A stretch of 64,000 bases of DNA, from positions 1,800,352-1,864,351 of the forward strand of contig OZ244779.1 of NCBI GenBank assembly GCA_965219575.1, written 5' to 3'. The notes beneath the pieces were generated by a model. It saw nothing but the letters and a program-made list of their open reading frames with translations. It was not told the origin of the DNA and did no database searches. The DNA is from Candidatus Oxydemutatoraceae bacterium (GTDB lineage Bacteria; Pseudomonadota; Gammaproteobacteria; Poriferisulfidales; Oxydemutatoraceae). The position numbers and the translations under genes are program-made. Positions within the stretch are counted from its first letter, which is position 1. Each line of letters begins with the position of its first letter. Shown in pieces: positions 57,966 to 64,000 of this stretch.

Positions 57966-59192
57966 TTATCGGATAGTGCTTAAAATTCCGTTGCACACCG
58001 TCTCGGCGGTTGCCATTGCCGCAGTCCAGCCTAAAGTGCCGTGCCCGGTATTCAACCATAAACGTCGATGATATGGATTCCCCACATAGGGCAAGTTAGA
58101 GGGAGTCGCCGGACGCAACCCCGCCCATTCGGTATATCGATTTAACGAAATCTCGGGCATATGGGTGTTCACCCATTGTTTGAGATATGCGACACGGTTC
58201 GGATTGATATCGGCATCGTAGCCGTCAAGTTCGGCGATACCTGCGATACGCAATTTTTGTCCCAAGCGGCTGGCAACGAGTTTGTATTGATCGTCGACCA
58301 ACGAGACTTTAGGCGCATGTGATCTCGATCCGGCATCGCTTAAATCGATGGTGATCGAATAACCTTTGAGTGGATAAATGTTCAGAGATATACCTACTTT
58401 TTTTAATAGCATCGGCGAATGAGCACCCAAACAACACACGGTATGATCGGTAGCAAAGTCGCCTCGATCGCTCTGCACGATAACTTCTCCGGACTTCAAT
58501 TTGAGGTTTCGCACGCAAGTGTTATATAAGAATTTTACCCCTTGCGCTCTGCACAGTCGTTCCAGTTCCAAGCAGAAAAGTCTAGCGTCTCCGGTTGCGT
58601 CTTCCGGGCTATAGAAACCGCCGACGATATTCTCGGAACGAGACTTCAATGCCGGTTCTATTTCTACAATCCGGTCTTTATCGACGGTCTGTCTTATATT
58701 CGGTGAAACCCGCCTCAGCAAAGCCGTTTGACGGGTGGCGATTTTATAAGCGGCGTCATCGACATAGAAATGTAATATCCCTTTTTTTGAAAAATCAAAG
58801 TTAATATCGACCTGCTCGAGTAATCGATAATATAATTCTCGGGAGCGCACACAAATCTCCGCTAAGCGACTCAGATTCGATTCGAAGACCGTGCGGCGGC
58901 AATTACGAATAAAGTGATAGATCCAACACCATTCGTCCCACGACAAATGCGCCTTAAAAAACAAACCACCTTGTTGCTTGAATAGACTTTTGAATAAATA
59001 AGTAAAAGCCGACGAATGTGCAATCGGTATTGCATTGCTGACCGACAACTGCGCACCGTTGGCATAACTTGCCCCCAGTGCAGGCTGGGCTTCTCGATCT
59101 ACGACCGACACATCGAAACCTCGAAGGCTCAAACTATAAGCAGTGGTCAGTCCGGCAACACCTGCCCCTAAAACACAAATACGCATATTCAA
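57966..59192 (-). CDS. dadA: D-amino acid dehydrogenase (FAD-dependent)
   Basis: MRICVLGAGVAGLTTAY Rossmann fold. 408 aa. DadA-like throughout. Confidence 0.8.
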   Translation of the reverse strand: MNMRICVLGAGVAGLTTAYSLSLRGFDVSVVDREAQPALGASYANGAQLSVSNAIPIAHSSAFTYLFKSLFKQQGGLFFKAHLSWDEWCWIYHFIRNCRRTVFESNLSRLAEICVRSRELYYRLLEQVDINFDFSKKGILHFYVDDAAYKIATRQTALLRRVSPNIRQTVDKDRIVEIEPALKSRSENIVGGFYSPEDATGDARLFCLELERLCRAQGVKFLYNTCVRNLKLKSGEVIVQSDRGDFATDHTVCCLGAHSPMLLKKVGISLNIYPLKGYSITIDLSDAGSRSHAPKVSLVDDQYKLVASRLGQKLRIAGIAELDGYDADINPNRVAYLKQWVNTHMPEISLNRYTEWAGLRPATPSNLPYVGNPYHRRLWLNTGHGTLGWTAAMATAETVCNGILSTIR

Positions 59193-59267
59193 TTCATCCG
59201 GTATTATGGAAATTTATATAAGTAAACCTATGAGTTCACCTTACAATCCTATTATAATTATAAGGTA

Positions 59268-60641
59268 ATGAATAAAGATAAAGTAATTTCTATCGAAGCC
59301 CTTTATCGATTGCATCTAAAAAAATATGATTATCGAGTAGATCCTGCACAGCTAAAGATCGTCGCTCATCTACAAACTATATCGGATCAACTGAATACCC
59401 CGGCACCGAAAAAAACCTGGGCAAGCCGGCTGAAGTCTAAAAATAATCGCCGTCTCTCGGAAACTCGGCCTATCCGAGGGCTTTATTTAAGGAATTATAT
59501 ACTTAAATACATAACTGATCAATGAAAGCTATATAAATCAGGGGTTATTTAAGGTTTTATTTATTTTAATTTTGTGACACAATGATACATAAATAACCTA
59601 TGGAGATAAAAAGAGGTGTTGCTAAAGCCTACCCTGATCGCACAAAGCATTAGAACAAAAACCCCACAAATAAGGAACTAAATACTCGCTTTAAGCTAGA
59701 GAAGCGAGAGTGATTTATGTATTTAAGTATATAATTCCCTTTATTTATGGGGCGGCGTCGGCAGAGGTAAGACCTATATGCTCGATTTTTTCTACGAAGT
59801 GTTGTCGGTCGATAAAAAACGACGGCTTCATTATTACCAATTCATGCAGGAGGTTCACGATTCTCTGAAAAAATTAACGAAGCAAAAAAATCCTTTGAGA
59901 ATTATTGCCGAAGACTTGGCCGGTCGAGTGCGGGTATTATTCTTGGACGAGTTTTTTGTATCCGACATCACCGATGCAATGATCCTTTATCGCTTACTTG
60001 CCGCTTTATTCGAATGTCAAATCGTGCTCCTCACTACCTCTAATTTTGCGCCCGAAGACTTATATAAAGACGGTTTGCAGCGTGCGCGTTTTTTGCCGGC
60101 CATTGCGTTGATAGAGCGTCATACCGAAGTCGTGGCAATGCAGACAGGTGTTGATTATCGCTCGCTACATATCAAAAATTCCGGTAGCTATCATGTGCCT
60201 TACAACGAACGATCGGAGGCTTTAATGAGACAGTGTTTCACTGCGCTCGATTGCGGAAATGCCGATAGCAATCGCTCTATAGAGATAAACGATCGCAACA
60301 TCAAGGTGGTGATGCGCGCACCCGATGTCGTTTGGTTCGAGTTCGAAGAGCTTTGTCAAACACCGCGCTCGGTAGCCGACTATATTATGATCGCACGCCT
60401 CTACCATACCGTTTTAATATCCGGAGTTCCGATATTCAACCACCGAGACGATGCGGCTCGCCGCTTCATACAACTGGTCGACGAGTTCTACGATAAAAAT
60501 GTAATCCTGGTGCTATCGGCACAAGCGCAGGCTCGCGAGCTATATCGAGCAGGTCGTTTGAGATTTGAGTTCGATAGAACCGTTAGCCGACTCTTGGAAA
60601 TGCAAAGTTTGAAATACTGGTCTAATGCCCGCACCCGATAG
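59268..60641 (+). pseudogene. zapE: Cell division protein ZapE (AFG1-like ATPase), interrupted by a 250-bp MITE. The insertion lies between the codons for RGLYL and WGGVGRGKT.
   Basis: 59268-59525 encodes the ZapE N-terminus up to RGLYL. 59739-60641 encodes LYLWGGVGRGKTYMLDFFY... in frame. The first ATG after the insert (59778) lies downstream of the P-loop. Confidence 0.85.
59489..59738. mobile_element. MITE of about 250 bp, AT-rich, with no ORF. It has perfect 24-bp terminal inverted repeats GGAATTATATACTTAAATACATAA. A 9-bp target-site duplication CTTTATTTA lies at 59480-59488 and 59739-59747.
   Basis: The inverted repeats were read at 59490-59513 and 59715-59738. The flanking 9-mers are identical. 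The element sits inside an otherwise contiguous zapE reading frame. Confidence 0.85.
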
Positions 60642-60652
60642 CGGTGTCGTAT

Positions 60653-61603
60653 TCATAGGCACTTGCCCAGTGATGTATCTTTGATGATTTGTTTTGCAAT
60701 GTGCTCGGGTGAAACCGTATCGACCGCATAGCGCGTGATAATCGGCAGCCTTCGCATCCAGGTTAGCTGCCGCTTGGCAAATTGGCGGCTTGCAGCCAAT
60801 GCGGTCCGCACCATCTCGGAGTAGCCGTAATTCCCGGTTAAATGTTGCCATACTTGGCGATATGCGATCGCTCGCATCGAGGCACTGTGCTCGTCTAAAT
60901 CTCCTCTTAACATCAACGCTGCGACCTCGTCGATTAAACCTCGCTCCAACATATCGTTTAGACGTTGTTCTATACGCCGGTGCATCGTTGTGCGCTCGTC
61001 GAAATCGAGTGCGATATAGTGTATTGCCCCCGTAGATGTTTCGGGCGGTTGCATTCGGTAGTGGCTCATCGTCCGTTTGCTCTCCGAATAAACACTCAGT
61101 GCTCTCAATATACGCTGCTTATCCTTGGGGTGAATACGAGTTGCGGTTGCCGGATCTATACTTTGTAATTCCTTATATAAATTCTCGGTAGTCTTATGAC
61201 GTTCTAAAAGTTCTGCTCGGGTTTCGGGACGAGTTTCGGGCATCGGCGACAAGCCGTTTGCCAATATATTGAAATAAAACATCGTACCACCGACCAGTAG
61301 CGGAATACGGCGGCGACGGCATATTCGTTTGATTGCACCGAGGGCATCTTTTCTAAATCGTGCAGCGGAATAATATTCGTCGGGTTCTATGATATCTATT
61401 AAGTGGTGAGGTATGCGGGTGCGTATCTGCGCCTCGGGCTTCGCCGTTCCTATATCCATGGTCTTATAAACCAATGCCGAATCGACGCTGACAATCTCGA
61501 CGGGAAGCCGCTTTGCAATCTCGATCGCAACCGTACTTTTACCGCCTGCGGTAGGGCCGACCAAACATATTAGCTCATCGTGTGCATCACCCGGTGCTTG
61601 CAT
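60653..61603 (-). CDS. miaA: tRNA dimethylallyltransferase
   Basis: LVGPTAGGKS P-loop. 316 aa. Lies immediately downstream of mutL as in E. coli. Confidence 0.9.
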   Translation of the reverse strand: MQAPGDAHDELICLVGPTAGGKSTVAIEIAKRLPVEIVSVDSALVYKTMDIGTAKPEAQIRTRIPHHLIDIIEPDEYYSAARFRKDALGAIKRICRRRRIPLLVGGTMFYFNILANGLSPMPETRPETRAELLERHKTTENLYKELQSIDPATATRIHPKDKQRILRALSVYSESKRTMSHYRMQPPETSTGAIHYIALDFDERTTMHRRIEQRLNDMLERGLIDEVAALMLRGDLDEHSASMRAIAYRQVWQHLTGNYGYSEMVRTALAASRQFAKRQLTWMRRLPIITRYAVDTVSPEHIAKQIIKDTSLGKCL

Positions 61604-61612
61604 CTGCGGTAT

Positions 61613-63442
61613 TTATTGCCCTCTCTTAAATAGTTTATCCAAGTGTTTTATGCTCAGTTGCAACCACGTAGGGCGACCATGGTTGCATTGACCGCTACGC
61701 TCGGTTGATTCTATATCGCGCAATATCACATTCATCTCGTCCAAGGATAATTTACGGTTGGCACGCACCGCACCACCGTGGCAAGCCATCGCAGATAATA
61801 CATCGTCGATACGATCTTCTATACGCCGAGACGAGTCGTTGTGCATAAAATCGGCCAATACATCGAGCAATAATCGGCTGAGATCAATTTCTTTTAACAA
61901 CGAAGGCACTCGCCTAATTCTCAGTCTACACAAGCCGATACGTTCTACGCTCAAACCGATTTTTTCCAATGTCTCGGTATGCAGTTCGCATAGGTCGGCT
62001 TCCCTTTCACTTACTTCCAAGGTTTCCGGAACGAGCAGAGGCTGCGAGTGTATGCCTTGCTTTTGATAGGCTTCTTTGAGACGCTCGTAGACTATACGCT
62101 CGTGTGCGGCGTGCATATCGACTATCACAAAACCGTCGGCATTTTGTGCGATGATGTAAATACCGTGCACTTGGCAAACCGCCTCACCCAGAGGTAGCAT
62201 TGCTTGATTTTCGATAGTCGGGGCGGAAGACTCGGTCTGCGTATAGCCGGTCATCGGTTGGATACGCTCGGTGACTTGCTTATAAAAATCCCGACCCGAT
62301 TGATCGCCACCTCGTCTACCCACGAATAAGTTTAGGTGCGGCTGCCCGGCCTTTTTAACCGTCGCTTTATGCAAAAAGTTATCGTTTTGCAATGTGCCTT
62401 GGTACTCGGCTAAATTCGGTACCGTCTCGGGTGATATTCGGGCAAGTGCGCGTTGGGTGGCAATACGCACAAAATCGTGTACCAATCTTTGGTCGTGAAA
62501 GCGTACTTCGTGTTTTGCAGGATGTACGTTTACGTCTACCTTAGTTGCAGCGATATCCAAATACAAAATATAACAAGGATGTCGGTCTTGATACAGTACA
62601 TCGTTATACGCTCGACGCACCGCATGGGCGAGCGTCTTATCGCGCACGACCCGTCCGTTGACATAGCAATACTGCATATCGGGCTGACTACGCGCAATGG
62701 TCGGTAATCCGAACCAACCGGAAATTGCCAGGTCTTCTATACTTTCCGAAAACCGGATATTTTGTTCGGCAAAAGCCTTACCGAGTATTTTTTTCAAACG
62801 CGAGTGTAATTCGGTCTTACTCTCGGTCTTAGGAAAATGGAATATCGTTTTACCGTTATGCTCGAGTACGAGTTCGACATCATGGCGCACAAGTGCAATG
62901 CGGTACAGAAACTGCTGTATATGAGAAAATTCGGTGCGTTCGGTTTTGAGAAACTTTCGTCTCGCCGGTATATTAAAAAACAAATCCTCGACCGTCACCG
63001 TCGTGCCCTTACTGTGTGCCGTAGGGACGACCTGGTCGGCGGTAGCGTCCCCTCCGTCGACCACGATTTGATGTCCGTGTTCTTTCTCGGATGTATTGGA
63101 ACTTAATGTCAGACGCGACACCGAGGCAATACTCGGTAAGGCTTCGCCTCTAAATCCAAACTGCTTGATCGCCATTAAATCTTCTACACCGGAAATTTTG
63201 CTGGTTGCATGGCGCGACAGTGCCAATGTCAACTGCTCGGCGGGAATACCGTCTCCGTTATCGCCGACTTCTATAGACTTAGAACCGCCGCGCTCTATTT
63301 TAACCACAATCCGATTCGCGTCGGCATCCAAACTGTTTTCTACCAATTCTTTGACAATGGATACCGGACGTTCTATTACTTCGCCGGCGGCGATTTGATT
63401 GACGAGCTGAGACGGTAAAACTTTGATAGTACTTAGAACCAT
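61613..63442 (-). CDS. mutL: DNA mismatch repair protein MutL
   Basis: N-terminal GHKL ATPase (AAGEVIERP, ELVENSLDA, GFRGEAL). 609 aa. Confidence 0.9.
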   Translation of the reverse strand: MVLSTIKVLPSQLVNQIAAGEVIERPVSIVKELVENSLDADANRIVVKIERGGSKSIEVGDNGDGIPAEQLTLALSRHATSKISGVEDLMAIKQFGFRGEALPSIASVSRLTLSSNTSEKEHGHQIVVDGGDATADQVVPTAHSKGTTVTVEDLFFNIPARRKFLKTERTEFSHIQQFLYRIALVRHDVELVLEHNGKTIFHFPKTESKTELHSRLKKILGKAFAEQNIRFSESIEDLAISGWFGLPTIARSQPDMQYCYVNGRVVRDKTLAHAVRRAYNDVLYQDRHPCYILYLDIAATKVDVNVHPAKHEVRFHDQRLVHDFVRIATQRALARISPETVPNLAEYQGTLQNDNFLHKATVKKAGQPHLNLFVGRRGGDQSGRDFYKQVTERIQPMTGYTQTESSAPTIENQAMLPLGEAVCQVHGIYIIAQNADGFVIVDMHAAHERIVYERLKEAYQKQGIHSQPLLVPETLEVSEREADLCELHTETLEKIGLSVERIGLCRLRIRRVPSLLKEIDLSRLLLDVLADFMHNDSSRRIEDRIDDVLSAMACHGGAVRANRKLSLDEMNVILRDIESTERSGQCNHGRPTWLQLSIKHLDKLFKRGQ

Positions 63443-63495
63443 AAGATTACCTTAATAGAATATAATGTAGCTCACACTAACTGCTAAATTATACA

Positions 63496-64000
63496 TGAAT
63501 ATCACCCGAATTTATCCCGAACATGAAAAATACGAATGGTCTCGAGGCATCTATTTGGACGACCCGTTCTTATCCGATAGCGATAGCCCCATCGTTTATT
63601 CCAACTTCTTGACCAGTTTGGACGGGCGTATTGCGATAGCCGAAGACAAACCGATGTTGCTACCGGAACAACTTACCAGCAATACCGATCATCGATTGTT
63701 CTTGGAATTGCAAGCACAAGCCGATTGCCTCATTACCCACGGTGGTTATCTACGCGCATTAGCGGCGGGACATCTGAACAACATCTTGCATATCGGGCAC
63801 ACCGAAGCACATGCCGATCTAGCCGACTGGCGTTCGCAACGAGGCTTATCCGAACAGCCGCTCGTCGTTGTCTGTAGCAATACGCTCGAGTTCCCCATGC
63901 CGGCCGGCCTAGCTAAAAAAAATATCTGGATTGCAACGAGCGATAACGGCAACGAACGACGAATTCGAACATGGAAAAAACAAGGTTATAAAGTCGTCGT
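63496..64000 (+). CDS. RibD C-terminal-like reductase (dihydrofolate-reductase-like fold). Partial: it runs off the window end.
   Basis: ATG at 63496. SNFLTSLDGRIA...LLPEQLTS fits the RibD_C pattern. No stop within the window. Confidence 0.5.

Overview
This 64-kb window looks like the chromosome of a gammaproteobacterial methylotroph or methanotroph. The evidence for that identity is an fhcBADC formyltransferase/hydrolase cluster of the H4MPT C1 pathway, a PPi-dependent phosphofructokinase, and E. coli-like yjeF-yjeE-amiB and mutL-miaA synteny. The backbone is housekeeping genes: asnB, nnr, tsaE, an amiC-like amidase, gltA, metX, cbiX, nif3, hisD, DAHP synthase, yhdH, purEK, ptrB, thpR, adk, pfp, dadA, miaA and mutL. 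Accessory material interrupts this backbone. The first is a giant (>4000 aa when reconstructed) Sec-secreted modular adhesin built from dockerin-like Ca-binding segments, GLUG-type Gly-rich repeats, cadherin-like beta-sandwich domains and tandem Ig-like domains. A 753-bp IS1595-family insertion has split this gene cleanly in two; its perfect 21-bp inverted repeats and 8-bp target duplication are visible. A second large secreted cadherin-like repeat protein shares the same extreme C-terminal motif with the giant one. Low-GC islets carry an orphan DNA methyltransferase, two AAA/DUF4143 ATPases, a HEPN/MNT pair, a disrupted GmrSD-like (DUF262/DUF1524) gene and an IS3-family transposase fragment. 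zapE is disrupted by a 250-bp MITE. At least ten intergenic arrays are built from four recurring repeat modules, and a ~145-nt conserved element sits upstream of three genes. A 701-aa hypothetical protein carries tandem RpoA alphaCTD-like and HARE-HTH-like modules. No rRNA genes or CRISPR array were seen; tRNAs were not searched systematically. Coordinates come from the supplied ORF track, with starts adjusted where the sequence shows a better start.
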